DNA from: an uncultured Spirochaetota bacterium | GTDB lineage: Bacteria; Spirochaetota; Spirochaetia; SZUA-6; Fen-1364 | Length of the DNA: 64,000 bases | Direction of reading: 5' to 3' | NCBI GenBank assembly: GCA_963781885.1 | Contig: CAWAHW010000002.1 | Span: 352,001 to 416,000 of the forward strand | Shown: positions 40,377-51,992 of the stretch, one piece after another | How the letters are laid out: each line of letters begins with the position of its first letter | Position numbering within the stretch: position 1 is the first letter of the stretch | The notes under the pieces: generated by a model | Seen by the model: only the letters and a program-made list of their open reading frames with translations | Told to the model about the DNA's origin: nothing | Database searches by the model: none | Position numbers and translations under genes: made by a program

Positions 40377-41387
40377 CTAATTCCTCCGCACGTTCTTGCG
40401 CACGTCGATCGTGACAGCGACGACGATGATGATGGCGCGCGCCACTTGCTGGAAGTCCGCGGAGACGTTGAGGATGTCGAGGCCGTTCTTCATGACGCCG
40501 ATGATGAGCGCGCCGATGAGCGTGCCCCCCGCGCTTCCCAGGCCGCCCGCAAGGCTCGTGCCGCCGATGACCGAGGCGGCGATGGCGTCCAGCTCATAGC
40601 CCAGGCCCAATCCCGGTTGCCCCGACCCGATGCGCGACGTGAGCACGATGGCCGCCACGGCGGCGAGGAAGCCGGCGTACGTGTACACAAGGATGAGGTA
40701 GCGGCTGGTCTTGATGCCGGACACCACGGCCGCCTGGAGGTTGCTCCCCAGGGCGTATGTGTAGCGTCCCCAGAGCGTGTGTTGAAGGATGACGTAGGTG
40801 ACCGCCACGCAGACCAGCAGGATGATGGCGGGGTTGGGGATTCCCAGGACGGCACCCTGGCCGAGGGCCTGGAAGGAATCGAGCAGACTGCCGCGCGGAC
40901 GGCCCTGGGAGTAGATGAACGCCCAGCCCCGGGCGAATGTCATCATGCCGAGGGTGGCAATGAAGGGCGGGATCTTCAGCTTGGAGATCATGGCGCCGTT
41001 CAGGAAGCCGGCGAAGGTTCCCAGCGCCAACCCGATGAGGAGCACGGGCACGATCGGCCAGGGGCGCCCGCCCGCGAAGAGGCGGTCCATCGCGTCTGCG
41101 GACTGCACAAGACTCGCGACGAAGACCGAGACGATGGCCACGATGGCTCCCGAGGACAGGTCGATGCCCGCCGTGATGATGCACATCGTGACCCCGAGAG
41201 CGATGATCCCGATGACGCTGATCTGGCGCAGCACGTTCAGCAGGTTGTTGATCCTGAGGGAAATCCCCCCCGAAAGGATCGCGATGATTGCCACGAGCCC
41301 AATAAGGATGAGCAGGATGCTGTAGCGGCTCATGAGCTTCAAGACCTGCGATTCGCGTCTGGGAGCAGCCTTTTCCATCTCAATCAC
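40377..41387 (-). CDS. Sugar (inositol) ABC permease
   Basis: GIDLSSG, IPPFIATLG, YELDAIAASVIGG; GTG start with GGAGG RBS. Confidence 0.9.
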   Translation of the reverse strand: MIEMEKAAPRRESQVLKLMSRYSILLILIGLVAIIAILSGGISLRINNLLNVLRQISVIGIIALGVTMCIITAGIDLSSGAIVAIVSVFVASLVQSADAMDRLFAGGRPWPIVPVLLIGLALGTFAGFLNGAMISKLKIPPFIATLGMMTFARGWAFIYSQGRPRGSLLDSFQALGQGAVLGIPNPAIILLVCVAVTYVILQHTLWGRYTYALGSNLQAAVVSGIKTSRYLILVYTYAGFLAAVAAIVLTSRIGSGQPGLGLGYELDAIAASVIGGTSLAGGLGSAGGTLIGALIIGVMKNGLDILNVSADFQQVARAIIIVVAVTIDVRKNVRRN

Positions 41388-41447
41388 GTGTCGCCTCCGG
41401 GCTTGTGCCGCGTGCCGCACCTCCGTGCCGTGCGGGCTCCGCGCGGC

Positions 41448-42968
<1,521 letters not shown>

Positions 42969-42999
42969 CTGACGATCCTCCCGGGCAATTGCACAGAGT

Positions 43000-43035
43000 G
43001 CGCCGGGGGCGGCTGGATGTCCAGACCCCCGGCGC
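43000..43035 (-). terminator. Intergenic stem-loop after the binding-protein gene
   Basis: GCGCCGGGGG…CCCCCGGCGC 10-bp stem without a U-tract. Confidence 0.5.
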
Positions 43036-43042
43036 GCGTGTT

Positions 43043-43969
43043 TTACTTCATGTATTGCTTGTAGTTGTCAAATGTCACGGGCTCGAATGGAATCGCCGTG
43101 AAAGTCGCCACGCTCTGCTTGTTGATGAGCTTGAGGGCAGTCTGCACGGCACCCCGGCCCTGCGCTCCGCCGTTCTGGAACACGGTCATGTCAAGGCGCT
43201 TGTCGGCGATGAACTTCAATGCGTCTGACGTCGCGTCCACGCCGGTGACCACGACCTGGTCCTTCATCTTCTTCTCTTCGAGCACCAGGACGGCGCCGAT
43301 CGCCATCTCGTCATTGTTGGCGATGATCGCGTCGATCTTTTCTCCGCCTGCCAGCCAGTTCTCCACGACGGTCACTGCATCGGGCCGCGCGAAGTTGGCC
43401 GTCTGCTCGCGAACGACCTTCATGCCGGGATATTTCGCGATGACGTCCTTGGTTCCCTGGGTCCTTCCGATCTGCGGCGCGGTTCCCATGGATCCCATGA
43501 GGATGGCGACATTGCCCTTGCCGTTCAGTTTTTTCGCCACGAACTCCGCCTCGAGATTGCCCGCGACGACCTCGGGAGAGGCCACCGCGACGACCTTGCC
43601 GGCGACGAGCGCCGAGTCGTCGGGCTTGCGATTGAAATAGACAAGCGGGATGTTCGCATCGAGGCACATCTTCGTGATGCGCGGAGCGATCGTCTGGTCG
43701 ATGACGTGAATCATGATTGCATCGACGCCCTGCGTGATGAAGTTCTCGATCTGCTTGATCTGCTCGTTCGGATCGCGCTTCCCGTCGGCGGCGATGATGT
43801 CGATGTTGCTTTTCTTCGCCTCGTCCGTGAGCTGGTCAAGAGCATAGCGCATGAAAACATCGTTGAAGTCCTCGATGGTCACTCCCATCTTCAGCTTCTT
43901 TGGCGCCGCAGACGCAACGAGCGGCATCGCGATGAGCGCGATGAGCGCGATGAGAAGAACCTTTCTCAT
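43043..43969 (-). CDS. Sugar (probably inositol) ABC substrate-binding protein
   Basis: Signal MRKVLLIAL…; FNDVF, PLVYFNR, ANNDEMAIGA, GVDA. Confidence 0.88.
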   Translation of the reverse strand: MRKVLLIALIALIAMPLVASAAPKKLKMGVTIEDFNDVFMRYALDQLTDEAKKSNIDIIAADGKRDPNEQIKQIENFITQGVDAIMIHVIDQTIAPRITKMCLDANIPLVYFNRKPDDSALVAGKVVAVASPEVVAGNLEAEFVAKKLNGKGNVAILMGSMGTAPQIGRTQGTKDVIAKYPGMKVVREQTANFARPDAVTVVENWLAGGEKIDAIIANNDEMAIGAVLVLEEKKMKDQVVVTGVDATSDALKFIADKRLDMTVFQNGGAQGRGAVQTALKLINKQSVATFTAIPFEPVTFDNYKQYMK

Positions 43970-44005
43970 ACACACACCTCCTCCGAAAGTTTTCCGCGTT
44001 TGCTA

Positions 44006-44019
44006 TGCAAACGCTTGCA
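44006..44019. promoter_or_regulatory. LacI-type operator 1
   Basis: TGCAAACGCTTGCA upstream of the ABC binding-protein gene. Confidence 0.75.
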
Positions 44020-44265
44020 GACAAAGACGCGTGCCGTAGCACGTGCCCCTAGTATTACTTGCACCAAATGACAGTTGTCAAGGCCGATTTTTCGAAAGTT
44101 TCGATTTTTCGCAAGTTGGCTGTACCTGCCAAGTCCTGTCTGTCCGGGAGAGAATAGTCAAAATTACACCGATATTGCTAAATTAGACGGCAAAACGTAA
44201 CCTGTCCGCCGGCTCCAGGCCGCGCCTGATCGCGCGACCAACGGCAAAACGCATCTCGATGATTG

Positions 44266-45288
44266 CTACCTCCCGAGCTGGACAATTCTCCCGTTCCTGA
44301 CCGCGTCCGTGGCCGCGCATGCCCATTCCACGGCTTTGTATCCGTCCTCCAGTCCCACAAAAGGCTGTCTGTCCTCGATGATGCAATTGCAGAAATCCTG
44401 CATCTCCGCGAGGAAGGTCGGCTCCCAATATTCAAAGAACCACTCCGCGCATTTCACGACCACTCCGTCCGCATTCATATAGGTCACGCGATCCCTGACC
44501 GGTGTCGTGCCCACGCGGATGCAGCCGTTGCTGCCATACACCTCGGTCTCGACGTGGTAGCCATAGGAGCAGTTCCTGCTCGTCTCGATCTGCCCGATGA
44601 CGCCGTTTTCGAACTGCGTGAGAACCGCGCAGTTGTCGATGTCTCCCACCGCCTTCAGTCCGTCATAGACGAATACGCCCCCGAGGCCGTAAACGCTCTT
44701 CGCCTCCGAGCCAATCAGCCAGCGCGCGCAGTCGAAATCGTGGGTCAGCATGTCCATGACCAGCCCGCCGCTGGTCGGGCTGAACTTGATGATGAACTCC
44801 GCCATGGATGCCGGGTCCCGGTTGATCATTCTCACCTGGATCGGTTTTCCGATGAAACCCTTGTCAATTTCCCTCTTCGCGCGCTGGAGCGACTTGTCGA
44901 AGCGACGGTTGTACCCGACCTGCAGCTTCATGCCGGTGTTGGCATCGACGGCAGCCTTGATTTTGCGGATTTCCTCGATGCTCATTCCGATCGGCTTTTC
45001 CGTGTAGACGTTCTTTCTCCCGATCTGCGCCGCTTCGCAGATCATTGCGGCATGTTGCGGGGAGGATGAGGCGATGACGATTCCATCAAGGTCGGGATTC
45101 TCCAGCACCTCCCGATAATTCCCCGTCGCCAGCTTCGGGCCCATCTCCGCTGATACGGAATCCAGCTCTTGCGGGACGATGCTGCAGACGGCCGTCACCT
45201 CCGCGCCGGGAATTCTGTCATGGATGTTTTCCGCGTGCTTGCGGCCCAACCGGCCCAACCCGATGACTCCCAATCTCACCTTGTCCAT
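44266..45288 (-). CDS. Gfo/Idh/MocA oxidoreductase (inositol dehydrogenase-like)
   Basis: GLGRLG, EKP, GYNRRFD, DMLTHDFD, YGYH. Confidence 0.88.
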   Translation of the reverse strand: MDKVRLGVIGLGRLGRKHAENIHDRIPGAEVTAVCSIVPQELDSVSAEMGPKLATGNYREVLENPDLDGIVIASSSPQHAAMICEAAQIGRKNVYTEKPIGMSIEEIRKIKAAVDANTGMKLQVGYNRRFDKSLQRAKREIDKGFIGKPIQVRMINRDPASMAEFIIKFSPTSGGLVMDMLTHDFDCARWLIGSEAKSVYGLGGVFVYDGLKAVGDIDNCAVLTQFENGVIGQIETSRNCSYGYHVETEVYGSNGCIRVGTTPVRDRVTYMNADGVVVKCAEWFFEYWEPTFLAEMQDFCNCIIEDRQPFVGLEDGYKAVEWACAATDAVRNGRIVQLGR

Positions 45289-45394
45289 GGCCAGCTCCTG
45301 TTGCCGTCCACCGCGCGATCTGGCGGCCCGGGCCGCGTTTTCCCGCGCGCGGCGGGGCGACGATTGATTGTGGCGCCGCGGCTGCGGCCTCTCG

Positions 45395-46444
45395 TCAGAT
45401 ATTCAACATCACTTTGAAAGCGTGCTCCTTGTCATGTGTCGCCAGCTCGAACGCCTCGTGGATTCTTTCGAGCGGGAAATGGTGCGTGTTGAGCGCGGCA
45501 AAATCATACGTTGTGCGGACGCGATCCATGAACCGGATGGTTCGCTGGGCGAAGTTTTTCGTGCCTCCGGCGCCGGAGATCGCCAGGGTCCTCCAGATGG
45601 TCTTTCCGATCTCCACGGGGACCTTTCTCCCGATCGAATGGCCGATGAGGCGGACCCTTGCACCGTGGCCGCTGATATCGAAAAGAGACGCAATGGCCGC
45701 GTCGTTTCCCGAGCACTCGACAACCACCGTTCCCATCCGTCCGTCCGTGAGCTCTTCGATTTTTCTCACCAGCCGGTCCCCCGGGTCGATCACGTGCTCG
45801 GCGCCGTATTTCGTGGCACGTTCCCTCCGCGTTGGGATTGGATCCACCACGATGGTTTTCGCGCCGGACGTCCGCGCGACCATGCACGCCGAAAGGCCGA
45901 CCGGGCCGGCGCCCAGGATGACCGCGGTATCCGCGGCATCGATGTATCCGCCGTTGCCCCAGATTCCGAAATAACCGATGGAGAAGGTCTCCACCCAGCC
46001 CGCGTCCTCGAAGCCCCACCCGTCAGGCACGCGGTGGAGGTACTGCTCCTCGATGACCATGTACTCCGCCATTCCCCCGGGCGAGTCCGGACGAAACCCC
46101 GCCTCCCGCATGTTGAGACAGGCCGACGGCATCAGCCCCTCCTGGCAGTTGCGGCATACGCCGCACTGCATCACGCAATCGCCGGTCACCTTGTACCCCG
46201 GCCGCATGCTGCGCACCTCGCTGCCGATTTCGACGACCTGCCCTCCCCATTCATGGCCGGGCGTGTAGGGGCCGAGATCGTATCGACCTTCCTTCGAGTT
46301 GCCTTCAAGGCACTCGATATCCGATCCGCATATCCCGCACGCTCCTACCTTCACGAGCACCTTGTGTGCCTTCAGGGCCGGCACGTCGACTTCCACGATC
46401 CGCAGGTCGTGTGGCCCGTAGAAAAACGCGGTTTTTGACTTCAT
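45395..46444 (-). CDS. Zn-dependent (MDR) dehydrogenase
   Basis: GICGSD, GHEWGG, CGVCRNC…C, GAGPVG. Confidence 0.88.
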   Translation of the reverse strand: MKSKTAFFYGPHDLRIVEVDVPALKAHKVLVKVGACGICGSDIECLEGNSKEGRYDLGPYTPGHEWGGQVVEIGSEVRSMRPGYKVTGDCVMQCGVCRNCQEGLMPSACLNMREAGFRPDSPGGMAEYMVIEEQYLHRVPDGWGFEDAGWVETFSIGYFGIWGNGGYIDAADTAVILGAGPVGLSACMVARTSGAKTIVVDPIPTRRERATKYGAEHVIDPGDRLVRKIEELTDGRMGTVVVECSGNDAAIASLFDISGHGARVRLIGHSIGRKVPVEIGKTIWRTLAISGAGGTKNFAQRTIRFMDRVRTTYDFAALNTHHFPLERIHEAFELATHDKEHAFKVMLNI

Positions 46445-46538
46445 TTTCTCCCCCCGCCAAAATGAAGCAGCCATTTCCGGGAACTGTCAATCCTCGCGAT
46501 TCGCAGTTTTCCTTGGGGTGCCAACTGGTTGACATGGC

Positions 46539-46552
46539 TGTAAACGTTTGCC
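46539..46552. promoter_or_regulatory. LacI-type operator 2, inside the TTGACA-N17-CAAGAT promoter of the lacI gene
   Basis: TGTAAACGTTTGCC between divergent genes. Confidence 0.7.
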
Positions 46553-46579
46553 AAGATGTAGCGACACGCGGAGCCAGCA

Positions 46580-47608
46580 TTGAAGGTGACGATCAAAGAC
46601 ATCGCTCGAGAAGCGCATGTTTCCTACGCGACTGTTTCGCGCGCCTTCAGCAAGACCTGCAGTGTCAAGCCTGAGACGAGGACGAGGATCCTCGAAATCG
46701 CCAAACGCCTCAATTACACCCCGAATGGACTGGCGCGGGGTCTGGTCCTGAAGCAGACGAAAACCATCGGTCTGATCATTCCCGACATTACCAACCCCTT
46801 TTTCCCGGAGGTTGCGCACGGCATAGAAGAGGGAGCCAAGGAGGAGGGGTACAGCATCTTCCTCTGCAACACGAACTGGGAGCATGAAAGCGAATCGCAG
46901 TATGTCAGGCTCCTGGCGGAAAAGAGGGTCGATGGGCTCATCATTGCGTCGGTCTTCAAGGCTCCGGATCCCGAGCAGGAAGCCCTGTTCGAATCCATTC
47001 CCGTCGTGTATGTGGACAGGCCGCCTCATTCCACCCGGTGGAGCTACGTCGTGATCGACAACGTCCGGGGCGGTTTCATCGCAACAAAGCACCTTATTGA
47101 AGCGGGATATCGTACCATCGGTTTTATCGGGGCCGTCGAGCAGTCGCTGCCCATCGATGAGCGCCTGCAAGGATACCGCATGGCCATGGAGCGTTACGGC
47201 ATTCCGATCGACGAGCGCTACATCAAGATCGGTCATTTCAAGCAGGAATCCGGCGTCGCGTTCATCCAGGAGATGATCCGGCAGCATGACTATCCCCGCG
47301 CCGTCTTCGCGGAAAATGACGTCGTCGCGCTCGGCGTGATCCAGGGCGTGCGGGAGATGGGGCTCTCCGTGCCGGGGGACATCGCGGTTGTCGGCTTCGA
47401 CGACATTCCCATCGCCTCCTACCAGTTCATTCAATTGACCACCGTCTTGCAGCCGAAATACGACATGGGCAAGGCCGCGGTGAAGATCCTTCTTGAAGAG
47501 ATCGCCCGTCGATCCGAGTCGAAGGCACATCCGGAGAAAGAGGGCGATGGCCGCAGGGTCTTGATTCTCGAGCCCCAGCTCATTGTGCGCAAGACGAGTG
47601 TGGCATGA
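46580..47608 (+). CDS. LacI-family regulator of the inositol cluster
   Basis: VTIKDIA…VSYATVSR, YTPNGLARGL hinge, VVGFDD; TTG start. Confidence 0.92.
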   Translation: MKVTIKDIAREAHVSYATVSRAFSKTCSVKPETRTRILEIAKRLNYTPNGLARGLVLKQTKTIGLIIPDITNPFFPEVAHGIEEGAKEEGYSIFLCNTNWEHESESQYVRLLAEKRVDGLIIASVFKAPDPEQEALFESIPVVYVDRPPHSTRWSYVVIDNVRGGFIATKHLIEAGYRTIGFIGAVEQSLPIDERLQGYRMAMERYGIPIDERYIKIGHFKQESGVAFIQEMIRQHDYPRAVFAENDVVALGVIQGVREMGLSVPGDIAVVGFDDIPIASYQFIQLTTVLQPKYDMGKAAVKILLEEIARRSESKAHPEKEGDGRRVLILEPQLIVRKTSVA

Positions 47609-47721
47609 TTTTCCCGGGGGCATGGCTCCGTCCCACGTGGTCGGTGCAGGCGCGAGAAAGCTCCCTTGCGAAGCCCTTGACAAAATGGCAGATACGTTTA
47701 GAGTCTGGTTGAGATTTTTAC

Positions 47722-47735
47722 TGCAAACGTTTGCA
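47722..47735. promoter_or_regulatory. LacI-type operator 3
   Basis: Perfect palindrome TGCAAACGTTTGCA just downstream of TTGACA(47677)-N16-TAGAGT. Confidence 0.8.
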
Positions 47736-47764
47736 ACAATCAACGGAGAGGAGGATAGAGATCA

Positions 47765-48970
47765 ATGGCAGAGACGAAAATGAGGGCAGTACGCCTTCAC
47801 GCGGATTGGCAGCCGAAGCCTGATTTCAAGCTCGGCGCCAAGGACATCGACCACAAGCAGACATACCTTGGCAGCAGGGTGTGGCGGAATGCGAAGATAG
47901 TCATCGAGGACGTTCCCATCCCCAAGCCGGGACCCAAGGAAGTTCTCATCGAGGTGAAGCAGTGCGGCATCTGCGGCAGCGACGTGCACATGGCGCAGAT
48001 GGACAACGACGGGTACATCTTCTACCCCGGCCTCACTGGTTTTCCCTGCACCCTCGGACACGAGCTTGCCGGCATCGTTCGGGACTCGGGCCCGGGCGCT
48101 CTGGACAAGGTGACGAACAAGCCCTTCAAGGGTGGAGAGCTTGTCTGCACGGAAGAGATGCTTTGGTGCGGCTCGTGCACGCCCTGCGCGGACGGGTTCC
48201 CGAACCACTGCGAGCGGCTCGACGAGATCGGCTTCAACGTGAACGGCGGGTTTGCGAAATACCTGGTGGTGCCGGACCGGACCATCTGGAGCCTTGATCC
48301 GCTTCGCGCGGATCATTCGGAGCAGGACACATTCCGCCTTGGAAGCATGGTGGAGCCGTGCAGCGTCGCCTACACGGGCGTGATCGTCAGGGGCGGCGGG
48401 ATCCGGCCGGGCGACAACGTCGTGATCTGCGGCTCGGGCCCCGTGGGCCTGGCTGCCATCGCCATTCTCAAGCGCGCCGGCGGCGCAAAGGTCATCCTTT
48501 CGGAGCCGGAGCCCGCGCGCGCGGCCGTTGCAAAGAAGCTGGGCGCCGACGAGGTGATCAACCCTCTGAAGGAAAACCTGAAAGAACGCGTGATGGAAAT
48601 CACGCACGGCATGGGCGCGAAGCTCTACCTTGAAGCCACCGGGCTTCCCACGGTCGTCTATCCCCAGATCGAGGCCTGCATCTGGGAAGGCCGCGCGCTG
48701 AACGCCACGGTGGTGATCGTCGCGCGCGCCGATGCGAAGATACCGGTCACCGGTGAGGTCCTGCAGGTGCGCCGCGCCCAGATCGTGGGCACGCAGGGGC
48801 ACTCGGGCGACGGCACATTCCCGCACGTCATCCAGATGATGGCCAACGGCATGAACATGCTGCCCATGCTCACCAAGGAAGTGAAGCTGGACCAGGTGCC
48901 TGCGGACATCGTGGCCCTGCGCACGGACAAGAAGGAATCCAAGATCAGCTGCGTGAATCCCGGACAGTAG
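47765..48970 (+). CDS. iolM: scyllo-Inosose 3-dehydrogenase (Zn-dependent)
   Basis: Distinctive N-terminus MRAVRLHADWQPKPDFKLG.KDI…LGS.VWR and GICGSDVHMAQ.D..GYI.YPGLTGFP.TLGHE recalled from Thermotoga maritima IolM; matching gene context. Confidence 0.82.
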   Translation: MAETKMRAVRLHADWQPKPDFKLGAKDIDHKQTYLGSRVWRNAKIVIEDVPIPKPGPKEVLIEVKQCGICGSDVHMAQMDNDGYIFYPGLTGFPCTLGHELAGIVRDSGPGALDKVTNKPFKGGELVCTEEMLWCGSCTPCADGFPNHCERLDEIGFNVNGGFAKYLVVPDRTIWSLDPLRADHSEQDTFRLGSMVEPCSVAYTGVIVRGGGIRPGDNVVICGSGPVGLAAIAILKRAGGAKVILSEPEPARAAVAKKLGADEVINPLKENLKERVMEITHGMGAKLYLEATGLPTVVYPQIEACIWEGRALNATVVIVARADAKIPVTGEVLQVRRAQIVGTQGHSGDGTFPHVIQMMANGMNMLPMLTKEVKLDQVPADIVALRTDKKESKISCVNPGQ

Positions 48971-48982
48971 GCGGAGGAAAAC

Positions 48983-50110
48983 ATGGCGATAAAAGCGGGC
49001 AATGTTCCGAACTTTCTCACAACAGATTATCCCCACATCATCTTCGAGGATAGCGAGGTCGGCAGGCTGAAGAAGAAGATCTTCGACGCCCCCATGTCGG
49101 AGATCGATGCGATCCTCAAGGAATACGAGGTCCCGTCGCCGTCCGAGCTGGGCAAGCCGGGCGCCTACATCCAGAACACGCCGCGGGCGCGGCAGAATGA
49201 AAAGCGCCGCACGTGTGACCTCGTCTTCATACCCGTCGGCACGACGGAGAATCACGGCGATCATTCCAACAGCGGTCTGGACAACTTCATGGTCACGCAG
49301 ATCTGCGAGGCGGTGCGCCGCTACTCCGCGAAGAAGGGGCGGGAGATCAGCCTCGCGGCGCCCCCGCTGAACTACGGCGGTCACCCGTACCATCACCTGG
49401 GCATGCCGGGCACCATCATGGTGGCCCAGGAAGTCGTGGTGGAGAACCTCATCTGGGTGATGCTGGGGCTGTGGAATGACGGCTACCGCAAGCAGATCAT
49501 CATCAACAACCACGGCCAGCTCTGGATGCTGGAAACGGCGCTGCACGAGTTCCTGAAGCGCTTCCAGCTGCCGGGCATCTTCCAGGTGCTCGACTGGCAC
49601 AGGGCCGTGCGGGAGTTCTGGATCCCCATCGACAGGCAGGATTCGCTTGAGACCACATTCATCCATGCGGATGAGAGTGAGACCTCGGTAGGCCTGCTCA
49701 TGTTCCCCGAGATGATCGACATGAAGTACGTGAAGGACTCCTGGGGACCCAGCTTCCTTCCCGACGGGCACTTCGACAAGTCGGTGGATCCGTGGAGGCG
49801 GCCGCATCGCTGGTCGGAAGGGGAAGGCCAGTCGGCCATCGAGCGCAAGGGAACACCGGAAGGCGTGGTGGGCGAGCCGTCCCGCTCGACCGCGGCAAAG
49901 GCGAAACGGCCCATCGCGGCGATCCTGTCGTACCTGACCCTGACGGTGAACCAGATCATGGACGCGTTCCCGTCGGGCAAGCTCCCGCCGATCGACAAGA
50001 TCACGCTGCGCGACCCCAAGGAGCTGGAACCGTTCCTCAAGGAACCGTTCAGCCCGGGCTGGAAGTCGGTCTTCGAGCTGCCCTACATCGGGCCGTTCAC
50101 AAAAGGCTGA
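48983..50110 (+). CDS. iolN: 3-Dehydro-scyllo-inosose hydrolase (creatininase family)
   Basis: IPVGTTENHG, GLDNF, HH.GMPGT, NNHG, HADESETS; directly after iolM as in Thermotoga. Confidence 0.78.
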   Translation: MAIKAGNVPNFLTTDYPHIIFEDSEVGRLKKKIFDAPMSEIDAILKEYEVPSPSELGKPGAYIQNTPRARQNEKRRTCDLVFIPVGTTENHGDHSNSGLDNFMVTQICEAVRRYSAKKGREISLAAPPLNYGGHPYHHLGMPGTIMVAQEVVVENLIWVMLGLWNDGYRKQIIINNHGQLWMLETALHEFLKRFQLPGIFQVLDWHRAVREFWIPIDRQDSLETTFIHADESETSVGLLMFPEMIDMKYVKDSWGPSFLPDGHFDKSVDPWRRPHRWSEGEGQSAIERKGTPEGVVGEPSRSTAAKAKRPIAAILSYLTLTVNQIMDAFPSGKLPPIDKITLRDPKELEPFLKEPFSPGWKSVFELPYIGPFTKG

Positions 50111-50121
50111 GAGGCACGTCA

Positions 50122-51139
50122 GTGAATAGAAAAATCGGAGTGGGAGTGATCGGCGCGGGGAGGATCGGGCGTCTGCACACGGAAAACCTCGCCCATCGCA
50201 TCCCCGAGGCCCGCCTGGTGGCGGTCACCGATGTTGCTATGGAGGCCGCGCAGAAATGCGCGGCCGACTTCGGGTATCCCCACCGTGGAGAAGGACTACC
50301 TTGCGCTCCTTGCGAACAAGGAGATCGACGCGGTCCTGATCTGCTCGAGCACCGACACACACGCGCAGATCATGATGGACGCGGCCGCGAAGGGGAAGCA
50401 CATTTTCTGCGAGAAGCCGATCGCACTGGACCTGCCGACGATCGACAACGCGCTGGAGGCCGTGCGCAAAGCCGGCGTGAAGCTGCAGATCGGCTTCAAC
50501 CGTCGCTTCGACGCCAACAATCTCAGGATCCGCAAGCTGGTGCAGGAGGGAGCCGTCGGAGACGTCCACATCCTGCGCATCTCCAGCCGGGACCCGGGAC
50601 CCCCGCCGATGGCGTACGTGAAGGTGTCCGGCGGGATCTTCTGCGACATGACCATTCATGACTTCGACACCGCGCGCTACCTGATCGGCAGCGAGGTGGA
50701 GGAGGTCTACACGCTGGCCGCGGTCCGGGTCGATCCCGACATCGGCGCGGCGGGAGACCTCGACACCGCAATCGTGACCCTGAAGTTCGCCAATGGCGTC
50801 ATCGGCGCCATCGACAACAGCCGCAAGGCCGTCTACGGGTATGACCAGCGGGCCGAGGTTTTCGGCTCAAAGGGCATGGTGCAGGCGGAGAACCTCACCC
50901 CGACCGCCACGCGGGTGAGCGGGTCCGAGGGAGTGACCGGCGACAAGCCGCTGTTCTTTTTCCTGGAGCGCTACATGGATTCCTACTGCCTGGAGATGCG
51001 GGAGTTCATCAAGTGCCTGCAGGAGGGAACGGAGCCGAAGGCAACCGGGTACGACGGCAGGGTGTCGGTGCAGATCGCCAAGGCTGCCCGGCTCTCGTAC
51101 GACAAGAAGAGACCGGTCAAGGTTTCCGAGATAGGCTGA
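50122..51139 (+). CDS. iolG: Inositol 2-dehydrogenase; 1-nt frameshift near 50275
   Basis: GTG start VNRKIGVGVIGAGRIG…DFG, then next frame IPTVEKD…CEKP, GFNRRFD, DMTIHDFD, YGYDQR. Confidence 0.85.
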
Positions 51140-51180
51140 AGGCCGCGGTACATTCCGCGGCCGCGGCCGAGGAAGAGCTC

Positions 51181-51990
51181 ATGGCAAGCCCCCGTTTTGC
51201 GTTGTCATTCCAGACCGCGCTGCCCGACGATTTCTCGGCGGATGCGGGTTTTCGGTCCCTCCTCGGCGCGCTGCGTGATCTGGGCTTCTGGGGCGTCGAG
51301 CTCAATGTCGGCGACCCGCGCGGCATCCGGCCCGAGACGGTCAAGAGCTTCCTGGCCGGGTTCGGCCTGGAGCTGTCGATGCTCGCGACCGGATTGACCG
51401 CCAAGCGTTTTGGCCTGTCCCTCTCCGATCCCGACGAGGATGTGCGGCGGCGCTCGGTGGCCATGTGCCGGGAGATGATCGACTGGGCGGCCGCCTTTCG
51501 CGCCGGGCTCATCATCGGGTTTCTCAAGGGCGGAGTCTCCCCGGACCTCGCCGGGGCGCGGTCGCGATTCCGGGAGTCACTCGTCCAGGTGATCCCTGCC
51601 GCTGCCGCACGATCCACGCCGGTGCTCGTCGAAGCCACAAACCGCTACGAATCGTCGGTGGCAAACACGCTGGAGGACACCGTCGGGCTCCTTGAAGGGC
51701 TGGACCCCGCCCACGCCTGCGTGCTTCCCGACACGTTCCACATGAACATCGAAGAGGCCGACATGCTCGGAAGCCTCACGAAATGGAAGTCCCGGTTCGT
51801 GTCGCTCCATCTCTCCGACAACAATCGCCGCTACCCGGGCTTCGGCGCCATCGACTTCTCCCGCATCATCCGGCACCTGAAAGACATGGGCTATGCGGGA
51901 CGGCTTGCCATTGAAGGCAACTCGGGGGGGAACCTCGTGGAGGAGCTGCGGCGGTCAATGAAACTCCTCGCGCCGCTTCTTGCTGTCTGA
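51181..51990 (+). CDS. iolO: Sugar epimerase, 5-keto-L-gluconate epimerase-like (ketose 3-epimerase fold)
   Basis: GVEL, ATG, EATNRYE, DTFHMNIEE, HLSDNNR..PG.G, AIEG; context matches Thermotoga iolO. Confidence 0.68.
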   Translation: MASPRFALSFQTALPDDFSADAGFRSLLGALRDLGFWGVELNVGDPRGIRPETVKSFLAGFGLELSMLATGLTAKRFGLSLSDPDEDVRRRSVAMCREMIDWAAAFRAGLIIGFLKGGVSPDLAGARSRFRESLVQVIPAAAARSTPVLVEATNRYESSVANTLEDTVGLLEGLDPAHACVLPDTFHMNIEEADMLGSLTKWKSRFVSLHLSDNNRRYPGFGAIDFSRIIRHLKDMGYAGRLAIEGNSGGNLVEELRRSMKLLAPLLAV

Positions 51991-51992
51991 CC

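Noticed and set aside
43929-43954. 9-bp tandem repeat (GCGATGAGC)x~3
   Set aside because: Encodes the LIA-LIA-LIA signal-peptide core; not a CRISPR or regulatory repeat.
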